The notes under the pieces: model-generated | The model's input: the letters and a program-made list of their open reading frames with translations, nothing else | What the model was told of the DNA's origin: nothing | Database searches by the model: none | Program-made: the position numbers and the translations under genes | Source: Balanoglossus misakiensis | Taxonomy: Eukaryota; Animalia; Hemichordata | Direction: 5' to 3' | DNA length: 64,000 bases | Assembly (NCBI GenBank): GCA_040954595.2 | Contig: CM082589.2 | Span: 5,329,186-5,393,185, forward strand | In this document: one piece after another, positions 38,001-53,500 of the stretch | How the letters are laid out: each line of letters opens with the position of its first letter | Position numbering within the stretch: position 1 is the first letter of the stretch

Positions 38001-41000
38001 ACGACAGAAGCCATAAAGTGCCACAGAAGTGTGATAAGGCAACAGCTGCAGACAGCCACCAGTAGATTGTACATCCTCCATCGTTTTTCACACCAGCAGA
38101 CCTTATTTACGTGTTTCATTCACAACACATGAACCCAGACAGAATGGTCAATATTTCTTGGAAGTATTCCAGGATTCCGTGAACTGTCTGGCTGCCGGGG
38201 TTGGTATGCTCTTGACTAAACATACTGGCCATGCTATCGAGTGACTTGGCTGAACACAAATAATTCTGGCTTAAAAGACTGTCAACTAAAAAACGATTTA
38301 CTTGAAATACTGCATTACAGCAGTAATGTGTTCTTTCCATGCTCTTTCTTACTAAGAAATATAATAAATGGACCAATGAAATGACTATCTTAAGTAATGG
38401 TTTTAGACTCTCAGGAATAAGATAATACAGACTTTTACCATGTAACAAAAAGGCATGTGACAGATGTACTAAATCCCCCCTCCCTTTTTTGCACAGCATA
38501 GCCAGTGAGGCAATCGATATCTCCCCAACACAAAACAAACCACGGTCCTAAACGCTTATAAAATGGCTAATCAAAGCTCCCTGCCCATCTGGGAGCCGAC
38601 TGAAATGGCAACAGCTGCAGAAATTCAAACTTTGCCTTACATGTTGAGATACGTGAGCGAAAGAGCGTGTCTTCGAACTCCCGCAGTTCAATGCTCCAAT
38701 GCGTGGTATGCCCTATACATGTAAATCACAAACACGAGTATCAACTGATGACCCTGCCGTCCTGCCCCAATTTTTTTACACCCTTCCCTTATTGATCTCA
38801 TATAAAAGTGCCAATTTCCTACAGTTGTAAGGTCATTATTTTTGGCCCATTACACGGCACCAAATTATTTCTACCGGCTACACTCGCCATGGAAACCAAA
38901 GATCCGCAAAGTGGATATCCCAGCATTGCAGGACACAAAACGGACAAATGGGACCCATGGGGCATGAAATTCGGTATCCCCATTTCAACCACCAAGCACT
39001 GCACTGACTGGCATCACCGGAATGTTCCGCAGCCCCAAATCTGTCATCCAGTTAGTCAAGTAGCTGAGGCTACTTGAACTTGAAAGGCACTCTCCCAAGG
39101 TCAAGGAGGGCAGGAAATTTTGTAGGGTACGGTGTGAAGGTTCAAGGATTAAACAGGGGATTATTTTCTGCTGGGATATCCCAGACTTTGTGTAAACAGT
39201 TACACAGTCAGTTATGTTCATCCACCACAAGTTTTCATTCATCAAAATCTAACTGGGGTGTTGTGCTGCAGAAGCATTCGCAAGAAATCCATCATGGTAC
39301 TTAGTACTTAACCTTCGACAGTTGGAATGAAGTCACTATAGACATATCCAAGTAATGACTCTGAATGGATGGACAATAATCCCCACCCCTCCCCCACACC
39401 ATGGGGACAAACAGCCCCAGTGTCTGTCTGTACCCATCCCAAGAACTCTACTTCTGAAAGGATTCATTTACATGCAAAAGGTTAAACAAAGTTTATATGC
39501 ATGCACTCTAGTTGGATCAATAGCAGAGATTGTTCAAATAGAGACATCTCTTTTCTCTGCACTCAATGTCCCAGACACAGGTCCTTCCTGCGTAAAGAAC
39601 CACTGCAACGTGGGGGTATTGTCTGCTGACGAATAACACCCTTTCATCGAAACAATCACCAATACATGAAATCGAAACTTTACAAAATGTTATACAATGA
39701 CGTGAACATTACAATAGCTGTGAAATGAATATCACCATTGTAAACAGCAGTGAATGTAACAAGTACGTCATGGCAATAGGCAAATTATTGATAGTACCAA
39801 TCCATCAAAATCAAATCTCATACATGTACTCATAGACACCTTATAGCCAGCACCAGAAATATGTGTACACACAAAGGTTTGTAAGTTCTCATCAATTACG
39901 TGTATTCTCACAAAAGTGCCATGCATATGCCCACTATGTGCATGAAATAGTAACGACAGTAAATTAACATTTTGATCAGTGACTTTTCTAACTTCAATAC
40001 ACAATTCAAGATAACACGACCCAGTACATGTAGTCTGTACCCTCACACACTTTGTACTGCATTACTTTACAGCCTCAGGCTGCACCCCATGGCAACCATC
40101 ATCTCGCAAGAAATATGCTGATTGACTTATAATTACTTCATGGAATACTTCATGAAATACAACTGACAGAAACATGTTTTATTTACATATGGACTGGGTG
40201 GGGCATAAAGATATGTATTGTACATGTATGTAACACTAAATATCGGATTGGATTTCATACACTACAAGTCATAACAGACTGTGTTATCATACCCACAGAA
40301 TCACAATTATTTCACATTGCAAAATGAGTTCTCAAAGCATATCAGGTTCCTTGCTTCCTATTTTAGTGACAGCTACTGTAATTACACAGGTCACAAAAAG
40401 CGTGCAGGTTACAAACTGTTTATCAAATAAACTCCATTTCCTACCTACCCGAAGTTTTATTAACGCCTTTTTTCTACCCTTTACGATGATTGAATTCCAA
40501 TCAGGTCGAAATAACCTTCACAGCATCTATCACTGCCGAACCGCACCGCATACCTAATAATCTTGGTGTTGCCGCAATTAATCCTAGATTAAGAGACTAG
40601 CCATCGGGAATTGATCTGTTAACTTCTGGATTATCCTAGATTAGTCGGCGCAAACAGACTGACTAAAGGCTGGTTTGCATCTGATATAAATGATTGGTTC
40701 GGGGTCAACAAATGCATTCCACAGTGACTGACTGACGAAGACAATGACCCTGAACCACACACAAGCTGGCGCCACAGATATTCAACCACTGAAAAACATT
40801 CACAGTTTATATTTTATTCATATGGTAGGTAATGAAAGGCCCTGTTGCTATAATCTTTCAGTCATCCCAGCTTGGCCAAATTCCTTTGTTTTCAACGCTG
40901 CCAAAAGACTATGAAAATATATAAAAGTGATGATTGGGCAGAATTAGCTCACCATATGGATGCCAATGGGTGTACTGTACTTACAGGCATACATGTTGTA

Positions 41001-44000
41001 TTGTACTGAATACATTTCTCAGAGTCAGTCAATTTAGGCCACTGGCAGTATTAAATTAATAAAAATTTGAAGTGTTTTCAAAATGTCAACTGCTTTGTTG
41101 AACATCTAGAAGATAACAATTTATGGAACATTTGTAAGAATGGGTCAAGTATAACTGACCTGAGATGGGTATTTGATGAAATTAAATGGTAAACAAAAAT
41201 TCTTGCGGTTACTTCCCCCCTAGCTGGCCTCAGTGAACTCTCCTGTCTGTATTAGTATCTTTACTGCATGTCCCCTTGGGCATATGTTTACATATGAACA
41301 AATCAACTCGGAACGACAGTGAACTCAGAAGGTGATGATTAATGAGGGAACATGCTCTAACTACACTAGAAGGTGGGTTCTTAGCTTTGTCGGACAAGTA
41401 GTCAGCAGTTTCAGGCCTGAATAATAAATAATAAATATCAAGGCCGCCTCTCAAGCAATTCAGACTAAAACTTTGAAGTAACTTTCTCTACGAAACTATC
41501 AAAGACACTTGGGTCTGAACAATGCAAAGTGTTATTTGCCAACCTGTGTACAATTAAGTTTTGTTTCTCTTTGAGGGCCACTTGAAATGAGGTGTACGTG
41601 TTGGAAGTTTAGTTCTTGGAGAATTCACCACACTTGACGGCCAGACAAAAAGAAGTTCTTGTTATATGTACTTGGAGATCACACGTTTGTAAGTTTCTTT
41701 ATCATTATGCAAGATTTATTTCACATGAGGATTACATTTGACACACAATTTGTTTTGTAATATTGGCAGAGAAAATGTACTGTCATAAGCAACAGAATAA
41801 GCTTACAAGTTAATGTTACAAGTTTGATTTGCTTCCATGAATATGTGACATACAAAATCTCTAAACTACACTTTTTATAATTCAAGCTCCTTCAATATGA
41901 AATGTACTCGCTACAAAGGGCAAGTATTTGCTATTGGTCTCGAAAGGCAATAAAGATTTTACAACAACATATCAACTCTTTTGTCACCCTATGTTGGTTC
42001 AACAATATTTTTTCAATGGTCATGTTGAATTCACACACAGAATTGCGTTGAGTGTGCTTACACTTGTCCAACCCATTTGGAATTTTAAACGCAAAATTTG
42101 CTTATTCCTCATAAAAGTTAAAGCTATCCTCATCATATTATCCTGACATATATTCATTTGGGAATTCAATCTTTATCATATCTCTTTTACAAGAGGTGTG
42201 TGTGGCAGTGAATTTAAAACAATGGAACCATGAGGTATATTGCTTTGTATTTGCATACAATTGGACATGGTGTGTGGGGGAGTGGTCAAATGCATGGTCT
42301 GATATGTTGGAACAGAATCAACATGACTGAAACAAATTGAAACATGCTCAGTGACAAACAATTATGTCAAGAGAAAAAAAAGCACATTTTAATTGTTAAA
42401 CGTTTATTTCAATATTTTAAATTCATCTTCCTCGTGTACATGTATGTAGTCAACTTCCGGAATAAAAAAAGACCTTTTCAAAACGAATAATCAGGATATG
42501 TACTAAATCACCACACTTGGAGGGGAGGGGCAAATAAATACAAAAAATAACCCCTTCCATTCTAGCACAAATGAAAGTGCTATCTTCATTTTCAAGGAAC
42601 AGTGACCCACAATGAACTCCCCCATACAATGATCTTCCTTCATGAGCCTCCAGTCTATGATCTACAAATGTGCCACACCCTTTTCTTACCTTGCAGGCAC
42701 TGTGGGGACAACTCACAAGACAAGGCCCCTATTGAACGGGCAAGATATCCAGACCTTATACCTCATAAAGACTGGTATAATGCCAGTTCAACTGAATGTT
42801 GATTCGAGTATCGTACACTTTGACGTTCAGGGGCCTGTGTAGCCAAACTTACCTAAAGCCAACTCATCTCTAAAATATCACTTAACAAGTTACCAAAACA
42901 AGAAGATAAACAAATCTGACCAGAAATTCCAACGGAGCAAAGAGCGACATAAATCAAACCGGTGCAATGACATAGTTTACACAGAAAAGTTCCATCCACA
43001 TACTGCAAACTAAAACGAAAAAAAAGACAAAACAGGCCAGTAGCCCAGTTCTGATTTTTCTGTTTTCTTGTGATACAAATACAATATTGAAGAGCAGCAT
43101 TCAATTCCATGGATTCCGCACGAAGGAGGATTTTCAAACAACGCTCGTGAGAATGCAGCAAGCCTGTTTGGAAACTGTGATATCTGAACACGGGGACAGA
43201 ATGTACATTGTCACGACATTCTCAAGAGCCAGTACGTGATGTCTCAATGAAAGATGCCCACAAGATATATCTTGGTGGACAATTGATGCAAGTTCTACTC
43301 GACCATTGTGATCTGATATCATGTGAGTGACGTGTCCTCATTTCAAGATTCACAACTCTTATTAACCAATTCCCAGCAAACAGATGTACATGTATTGATA
43401 GCACACTCACATTTGAGCGGAATTGTACAAAAGCAAAAAAAAAAAAAAAATACAGCCAGATGTGCAAATTTAGCTAGTTACCATCGAAAGTGGAGATCTA
43501 GGCAACCACAGGTGGGCACATGAAAGAAACTTACAACCGCAAAATTACATGTCTGTTTTTGTTAATAGATTTCGATTCAAGATGCAATTCTGGGTCTGGT
43601 GGTACATGAATAACGAGGCACTGTCTAATTTTTCAACATTCTGAACACATCCACATGCCTGGAGGCATCTGGACAGGGAGAAATAAATGTCACTTTAAAT
43701 TTATGCCAGGAGTCAAAGGAATGTTCTGGTAATCTTGTTAAAGTGGGGTACAATATTGGGACTCCCACTAAAAACACTCCCACCAGGACCCAGCTGGTAG
43801 CCTTTTAGGCTGCCGATAAAATCAAGATAAGTCCATTATCACTTGAGATATGTTGGGTGTCTGGTGATGTAATGGGTGGGTGAAGTAAAGAGACTTCTGG
43901 AGTGTGCCAGTCCAACTTGATTTGACAACTGTCACGCTGGTTTTGCTTTAACAAACAACCCTTTTCTAGATTGGCTTGAAGTAACCTGTGCTACACTATA

Positions 44001-44446
44001 AAATCTAGAAATCAAAGCTAAAAGACTTGATATAAGGGATGTGTACTATAATGCAAATTTAAAACGGCCGGATGCTAATTAGCAATCCATCATATACTAT
44101 CAGGGACTCAAACATTCAAATTTATATTTCAGATTACATTATCTTTTAATTGACTAAAGCTATCTACACCTTTAACAGTATAGCGATAAATCTTTTCTGG
44201 ACTGGCCAATGTCCAAATGAACAGTGGATCTGCCACTGTCAGTTCACACACCTAGTACAGTTTTCCTGCATTACTAGTTCTGCCATCATTTGCAAGTACT
44301 GATCTGACCAGTAGTAACTAAGAGCACTGAAATTGGCCATAAAAAAGCAATCAGCAGAGAGGTCAAACCATTTCCAGTAACTTCAGATCAGAAGTCACGG
44401 TTCATGGAACTGAAATGCATTAAAAGAATACCCACAATTCTCTCAC

Positions 44447-44655
44447 CTACTCCTGCTGAGCCAACACGCCCTCGTTACGTTGAATGATTAATTCTACCTC
44501 TCTCCACATACGACAATGTTTTGCCGCCATGTTTGAGCATCAATAAATTACAGAAAATTCTGTTCCAAATATGTACTATCGCTCTGCTGTTCTTTTCGGG
44601 TGCTCACACGTGATAAATTTCAGTAAATCCCTACGTGATCTCTACGGCCAATCAC
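44447..44655 (-). promoter_or_regulatory. Candidate alternative promoter / non-coding first exon of the protein 4.1 gene
   Basis: CCAAT box near 44648, YY1-like CAAACATGGCGGC on the minus strand (44523-44535), strong donor TAG|GTGAGA at 44446. Confidence 0.4.
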
Positions 44656-45838
44656 AAAAGCCGTACCATTAGAGACCGCTTCCAAGCCACAAGTATCGAA
44701 ACATACGAACAATCCCAGATATGAAATGTGTATGACTCATTACCATTTTAATGCAATGTATCATACACAAATTTATTAGCCACTATAACCTAACATCTGT
44801 ATAATATACACACCAGGCCTTGGAATTTTATTTATAACTCCAATGCAAGAGGATGGGTTGTTTATAATATGAAACTCCATACATGGAGCATATTGCAGTA
44901 TTGTGTTCTCCATTAGTAGATTCTCCTTGACCACTTGCAGGGACTGAAATCCAAGGAAAAGGGTTGCCATGGTTTGACTTACAAGCCAAGTCCATCTTGG
45001 CTGCATTAGCAATCATACACAGTGATTCATATCTAGAACAGATCCCCCTTCATTGTTAGCCGCGTTTGTGAAAGAGGTCACTGCCCCTGGGAGTAAACTT
45101 GTGAGTCTGGTACCTATCTTAGCATATTTATGACTTTAACTTGGGTATTCCAAAGCTTTGAGTACACACGTATCAATTTTACTGGATCTGCACTTCCGAA
45201 CCCCAAATCCAACTGTAAAACACATCTCGGTAATGATAAACTTTCAAATTCGAGGTTACACACTTGACTTGGTTATTTTGAGAACTATAATTACACCAGT
45301 GGTGGGATATTCAGAACATGCGCGTTTTCACAAACGCTACATGTATGTATGAAACAGACACCGGGACACCTATGTGTTTACGCATTAGGGCGACCTCCAC
45401 AAACCAGAGATCGCGACGGTACAACATCCACCGTGTCTGTCCACAGGCGCAATCGCTATCTCGTGAACTGTGTGCGACCTTTAATATCTGTAGGAAGCAC
45501 ACCCAGCAGAAAACATCTTTAGGTTATTGATAATGTCATTCAGAAGTGACGTCAACTTTTGTAAGGTAAAAAAAGGGGGACCAGGCCAGCGCACCCACGT
45601 AGCAAGGTAGACAATCTACCAAACCGCGCGATCGATCCAACACCTGGTTCATGTTTACTACACTGCTATGCAATAAACTTGATAATCAGCTTTGCACCAT
45701 CACAAGCGGTCATAAATATCTTCTACAATGTTTACACAGGCGATCTTTGCAATAGTATATGGTGATTGTCTGGTGAAAATATGCACATACATGGAGCTAA
45801 ATACGTTAAAATTAATGAGAGCGATGTGCTGCTCTCAC

Positions 45839-46030
45839 CTTTGAGAACGCAAAAAACGTATCAAATTCCCGGATGGTCCACCTGCACCAACCTTTGATAG
45901 ACAGGGTCCATGTTTTTATTTAAAAGTATGTCTATTTCCACCCGATCGCCTCGAAACGTCTCAAAACGCGTGATATTGACTCGAAATTGACAGTCTTTAC
46001 TACACAAAATGGCGGCCACCCAGGTTTGCA
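45839..46030 (-). promoter_or_regulatory. Candidate main promoter / non-coding first exon of the protein 4.1 gene
   Basis: CpG-rich segment with YY1 motif AAAATGGCGGC (about 46006-46016) and donor AAG|GTGAGA at 45838. A second YY1-like AAGATGGCCGCC lies near 46705. Confidence 0.5.
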
Positions 46031-47519
46031 TGTAGTAATGTAGTCTGTGTAGCGACCAGTTCGTATCTGACCTCGCGATTTCGTTAATTCGCATCAACAT
46101 GGTTTGTTGACGCCGCAAATGCAACGGCACTGAGACAATTCCGTTATCCTACCTGCGACAAGCTGCAAAACTGGTTCCTCTACGGGGTTGTAGATATGAA
46201 ACTCGACCAGACTCCAGATTACAAAGGGCGTGCTGAAGAGAGACGCTGTCCCGACAGATCTACCCCAAGCTCTGCATTCCCGATATCAATCCGCGCTGAA
46301 CAAATTTTACAGATTCGGCATTAATTCTCCAAAACTTCACTGTTTATTGACAATGTTGCAATGATTTTTTATTTTATTGACACGATTTATCAGTTTACCG
46401 ATATACACGTCAATAACTGACTATCATAAAGGACCATTTTTATAGGGCGGAATGATATCTGGATGAATGGGATTCAATAGATACATTAAAGGCGTACGCG
46501 GACCGCATCACATATTTTTAATAGTGAGACCATTCACCTCATCACCTTGTTTTTAATTTCGCATTCAGATCACGTTTTCTGAGGTCAGGCTACTAATTTC
46601 GGTGGTAGAGTTGTTGCTTCCTTTGTTTTGTTGTCTTCTTGCAAGGACATCTAAGACCGAAATAAAATTGTCCACACCTACGCTGAAAGTAAAACTCAAT
46701 TTCAAAGATGGCCGCCACGTATGTAAAACCACGTGACAAATATGGCATGCCAAGGTAAAACACAAACCAAGTAAAACACTTTATCGGGATATTTTCCCTG
46801 TTACTAAAATTTACAGTGCCAATTGAGTTATCAAGTTATTTTCTTAAAACACGTCTTCATTCAACACGGAGTTCAAATCTGCGGTTTTTGGGTCTGTCAC
46901 AAGCAGATAGTGTCTAAAGTTAACTATAATGGGATTTCGGACATAGGCCTAGGCCTACCATTTTTATTCACTTGAAAAACCCATTCATATTTAAATTTAG
47001 GAAACCGGGCGGGAACTGCCACGGCTGTGTGTGAAACCGGGGTGTGAAACCACACCATCGCCTTTTCATAGAAGATTGCTTACATACAGTGGCTGTGGAT
47101 AAAAAAAAAACAGCCCCAAGTTCACTTTCAACATGTTTAAAACATGCGCAATAGTCAGTAAACGCAGAACATTGGTCATTTAAGTGGCCTAAACGATGGT
47201 TTATATGATTAACAGACATGCAAACAAACAAAACTATAAAATGGTGCACATCCCGACGGGATCCCAACAACAGGTCTATTAATTACATTTTCAAGAGGAC
47301 ATTTCCTGGTTTTGTACGACAGTATTGTATTTGATGACGTGGACGCTGCTGCTGTTGTTGTCTCCCTTTCTGCTGTTGGATGATACTAGTAATTTCTTTG
47401 GATTCAGATTTTGAAGGCAAAATTCTCGATGGTGAAATTTCTATTGCTATAGAAACAGGCAAATATACACAACAAGAATCACTATCTTTTATGTGCAATA
47501 ATACAAATGCATTCTGAAT

Positions 47520-50500
47520 TTAAGACTTGTAGGCCATCTTCTGTCCTTCCACAAAAGTTGCAAACACGTCTTCCTCTGGGACTGGTGAGTTGAGCGAGTA
47601 AAATGAGACCTGAAAATATAGAAAGGCAAACCTAAACATCAGTATGAGTTTTGCACACATAGTGAAAAATCTGCGCCATACAAATGAGTTTGTGTCAAAT
47701 CGCATATACTTTCACATTCAGTCACTCCGAGTCGGTCGAAGTCAGTCAGTCAGTCAGTCAGTCTCTCCGTCTCTCGGTAGGCCCTATTATACTTCACATT
47801 CTTCGCGTTTATTTATACATTTGTCTGCAGTTTTTGTTCGTCTCTGTCCCAGACCGCTCTCATCACCCTCTCCCTCCTCCTCTTCAGCTTTGACGGAATA
47901 ACTTTGATTGCAAAAAAGCTAAACAAAAGTACGGACAAACTATTAGCGCGACACGATTCACCTGACTCGCACTTCTGGTGAAATCACTACCCTTCGTTGT
48001 TTTGTCAACCAACTTCTCGTCTGCAAGACACACGTTATAAGAAAGAGTCAATTAACATAAAAATTAGCAGAAATGGTCCGAAAATAAGGACGGAAACCTA
48101 GGAAAAAAATCGAGGAAATTACAAAAAATAATCCTTGCTACTTTAGCTACCGTACCTGATGACAACGATGGTTTTGTGACAAAAGGTCTCCCAGTGCGAC
48201 TGACTCTGGTTGTGGAAACCCAGTCGTCATCCTCGTCGGCGTTGTTATTTAATTTCCAGGCGTGTTTCACCTGCGAAGTGAAAGACTCTATATTAAGACT
48301 TAACCTCTAAGGGACATTGTGATGCAATGTAACGTTCCGAATTTGAAATAAGTTTAAAATGTCGTCTCATTTCGCCGTTAATCCCTTCTCCGGTATTCGA
48401 CAGGCGCGGCACGCGAGACTACCCATCCCGCAACACAGCGACTAAAGGAAAAGGGCCAAGGTGGCGTTGAAAGTTCGGAGAAACTATATCGAGAGCAAAT
48501 GAAGCCAATCCATCATCAGATTTTCACCCAGGCTGTTATTGTAAACTTACCTCAGGATTCCACACGACATACAGCATGAACGTCACCAATCCCTGTTACA
48601 AAATAAATCAAAACGAAAATAATTATATGATTATGAATTGATGTTATATTTTGTGTGAATATGTGAACTTGGGGATTGGTTCATTGCCACAAAATCATAT
48701 CTAAGTGTCAATATGACATTATTAATATAACTTACACGGACAAGTGAAAATTTCAGCATCATAATTTCGTGCATGTACATCATGATAAAAAATTATACCG
48801 TATTTTCACAATAAATTTTTACTCTAAGTCCATTGTATTTTCTACCTGTAGTCCCGTCAGTACAACAAACTGATATGCAAAAATCGTGTCGGTGAACGAC
48901 AGGTAGCCCGAGGCCCAGCAGATACCAAGGAGTGGATTCAAAAACATCGCAGACTTCATCGCCGCTCTTTAAAAAAGAAAGGAGAATATAGGTTTACCAT
49001 TTATGATGGCGCTGTACAACCCAAAATACTAGTACTTTATAACAACGGCTGACCATGCTTGAATATTTCTTTCATGTTTACAACTGTAAGATTTCTCTCT
49101 CTTATTTTATTGTGGCCAACATGACCACGATACGCCTGAAAGATTTTTGTCAGGAATTATGGAATTTGCCCGTGATAGCACCAAGCCTATAGTAGTGACC
49201 AGACGAGCGAGGGGGGAGACAGAGACAGAGAGGAGAGATAGGAGAGAGTTAAATCAACTTGGAGAGTGTCGAGCTTACTTAGAAAATGTCAGCCTTTCTT
49301 CATCTTTGTACCGCAATTCCACCTTTTCAGCCATCAATATTGTCCTTCTGGTAAGGGCTAGCAGCAATACGTTCAACTGCAGGTGAAGAAAACGAGAGAG
49401 TGGTCGGTTTTCTATCTGTGAGGTTTGTTATCGTCACAGGCACAGAACTATAAGTGTACATTTTCTTTCGGGTATCAAAAGATAAACTGATATACATTGG
49501 ACAGTTACAGAAAACAGGTCGTCAATTTGCTTCAGTGTCGTGGTCTAATATCGATCTCAATTCTTCAGTTTTGACAACATATTCCTCTAGCTATACAATT
49601 CATAAAATGTCCACTTTTAATAATCTTTCGTAGTGTCTGTAGACTGGGCTAACAATTTGGTGATTCTCAACGCCCATGAGAGCGTCATTACCATGAACTA
49701 CCCTCACGGTTAGACTTACGATGAAGATGACGGCAGCGGGACCGGCAAAAGCCCAGATCAATCCGTTCTCAGCGTCCAACCAGCACCTGCGGCGAAAGTG
49801 TTCCAAAATGTTATCGAAGAAATACATCTGTCAAAAGGTATGATATTGTGGGCAGTACCGGGTAGGTTTTCCCCGGACCACTGCGACTGGGTTCTTTTGT
49901 GCAGGGACCCTCCTCTTTCTACGGACATCGAAGCTTTTTTTACGTTTATGCATAGAATATTTATTCAACTTGCAGAATTGTATCGATAGATTCAATAACT
50001 TGTACAGGGACAGCCACTATAGACAAAATACAAGTGGACTGTATGCACAGTAAAGAAATATTACGAACCAACACAAACACAAAGACATGATACGGTACAA
50101 ACATTCGTAAGACGTGGTAAGACATTAACAGGTGGTTATCGAACGTTTGCCCTACCCTTGCTAAGAAAGATTGTTGAGTTCAGTAAGTTCAGTAGTGACA
50201 ATGTTCCGGGAAGTGGGGTCGCAAAATAAATCTGTCTTTTCAGTTTCATCGAGAAGATGGTCGTTCCGTGGCCGCACAGGATGTCTGTGATCACACTTGG
50301 TGGAAAACTCCGTCACCTTTGTAGTTTCGCCAAACAGGCCTGGCCGTCAGATTCTGGTAGGATTACACACACAGTGCCTCAGTGCTACCGCTGGCTGTCA
50401 TGTCGGTCTCTCCCCTCAAGAATGGGCACGCAACCTTTTATACCACCTTCCAGGTGCATGGCTGAGCATATTTTCAAGAATAATTTATTCAGAATGATTG

Positions 50501-53500
50501 TCCACTGTGCTCCACTGTCTATTGTTTTAGTTCCTTATCACCTCCTAATTATTCATGAAGACCAAGTCATTGCAGAGATGACTGGTATGTAATCCAGGGC
50601 TGGTGAATTGTCCATGCGCAGTTACTCCCACTAGTTGCGTGTCATAAATAGTAGAGTTTATTTTGTCAAAGCCGTCAGATGCTAAGATGTGTAACCACCT
50701 CAGACAAGTAGACGTGTTGCAATTCCTAACTGAACTTTAACCACCACACAAAACAACACTGGGCACACAAGACAACACACAACACTATTGCATGTTTATA
50801 ACTTACGCGTCTCCTTTTCCGTAGCGGTCATAAAATGCACCGGCCGTAACACCAACGATTATTGATGGAAACCCTGAAATAAATGTATATTTGCGATGCT
50901 GTCGTTTGTTGGACGATAACAGAAAGGACAAGTACCAAAAAGGAATGTGAACATGTCAACGGGGGCAATACTGATAGTTGAACAAATGGGCCAACCCTTA
51001 ATTCTCTTATTTTATAACCCCCTACCAAAAAATATCGACGACTGTTCGCTGCTGAATTTGCAAGTACACTCACCCCAGCCAATCAAGAAGTAAGTCCGCA
51101 GTTTGACGCCACCCGCGAAGAATTCAGTGGCGCTGGAGAAAACAAACAGGCACTCGGCAAACATCCAAAACACCGTGGCAAGCAAGCTGAAGTGCGTGGC
51201 GATGCCAATCCCTGTGCACGTCAAGTCAGTCTCCTGAAAAGGGAAAATTGAATATCACTACTTAAGCAACATGTTCCCGATGTTACAGTCACGGGTTTAA
51301 CATCTATATTATAAGCTTCAAAACGAAGTGTAGAGATAGGGTAGGCACGCACTTTCCTAAGTTTTCAAAGCTATAAATGTCTGACAATCTGTTGAGGTAT
51401 TAAATTAAATATAAAATGGATCTTACCCCTTTCTTGAAAATTCCATTCCATGTACTGACGTCACTTGCCAGAATCAACCCATAAGACAGTAATGTTGCAA
51501 ACATTAAATTTATGCGGACAAATCGATGCATACGATCCATTTTTCTGTACAGTAAATAGAGAAAAAATCGAAAGGTTCAGACCACAGATCGCGATTCTTG
51601 TCCTTTGTTGTTCTTTTTCATTTGTATTTGAGCATTACCACATTGCAACAGTTAAGTTGAGTGTAACACTGATATCAAATGCCAGTCTTCGCTCCCACCC
51701 GAAAGTAAATGGTATACCCTTTCTCTGTTAAGCATACCTTAGATAAATGTAGACAATCGTAGCCGCCATCACAGATAATATGGCTAATCCACAGCACGCC
51801 AACGTCATATAATACAATGCCGCATTTTCTTCCCCTGGTGACTTAAGATAGAGAGAGAGAGAGAGCAATGGCTGATAAAGATGGTGATCTCGGTAGGACA
51901 GAGAGATTCAGCGAAAATATCGATCACAGAGAAAATATTTTAAAGATTTGTCAGGGATATCTCCGATTCGATGTGTACTGGCAGTGCTGACGTACACTGG
52001 ACGTGCTTAGTTTACGCCCAACTTGCGCAATTTTGCTCTCTTACCAGAATATCTGTCACCTGGAGAAGTACTGCAAAATTTGTGGTGTGGTTACAGAAGC
52101 ACTCGGTGTATCTGTCAGTGGTTGTCAACACTTCACATCCGACATTATTCCAGGCACCTCCGTTGGCGACGCTGGAATAATAGAAGTGTATAATTCGGTC
52201 TTAGTAACTTAAACGATTCAATCGGTCCAGAGTGTCACCAAGGTCAATCAGCCATTGTCATACATTCTGGTTTGGTAGACCATCACCAAGATCGTACATA
52301 TTATCTTAACATTATACGACTGTTATCTTTGATTAATAAGAAGAGTCCATATACTATATTGGAAGAAGTTGTCTGACAGCAAATAACAATCTGGATTTAA
52401 TATTACTAAACCTTGTACTTACTTGATTGTGTAATCCCAAAATGCACATCCGGGAACATTATAAACTCCAACCTGTGACAAACATGATTAAATTAGTAAA
52501 TTAGTAAATCATAATTATAGTTTTAGGATTGGGACTGCGTTTGTAATCCAAAGATAAGTTATCGGAGTCCAATTTGTCTGTCTGTCTGTCCAGATTACTT
52601 ATTAGAAGAGTATAATCACAGTGTTACCTGTTGCTGTTGGTGATGTAGACAGTATGTGACAGGGACTGGCATACTGACATCCGATGACGTCGGTATCACA
52701 CTCAGTGATATCAAATCCGGCGCCAATGGACCAGTTACGTTGTAGTGACTTAATTCACCAACGGGTGACATGGACGCATCGGACGAAAATACAGACAGGT
52801 TAGATTCGAATACCATACAAGTGTACACAGAAAAATGCATTATGATTTCAAATGGCACAACCGTGAGTTTTGGATTTCTCGTTGCAATGATAATACGTCA
52901 ACTTTTGATCTCGGTTTCTACATAACGATTTCACCATGGTGATAACTCGGATGAGGATTTCTCAAACTCACACATCATTCGCCATTTGCTTGGCTACAGC
53001 ATCTTCGATGTCATATCTTGGCAGTTGGCCTGTGACGTCACTGTAAGAGATGCCAACCAGTGCCATCCTGTCGTTTGCATCTGAAATATAAGTATCGTTA
53101 CAGCCAGAGTGAGAGGCAGGCATGAAGATGGCGAGATTTAATTTTCTAACCATGACATCGTCCGTTGACTGTTTAAACAATTCAATACAGAGCGTCATTC
53201 TGTGATGATTCCGTGTCAATTTTGAACTCTCCGTGTTCAGTATTTCAATTACGCGTATCATTCTCACCTGCAACGCTGCTTTCAATTTCATTTGGATTGA
53301 TGGAAATTCGTTGACAGTCGTTCTCATCTGCGGTTACTGCGCCCTCATGATCACTACCAAAACTCCACCCGAAAGACAATAACTCCGTCGTAGCCATTTC
53401 TTGAATTTGATATTCTGAAATAAAAGTACATACGCAGTGAACCATATAATTCTATTGACTTACACTTAAATGTGAGCCCAAAACTACTGTGTGAATTATT

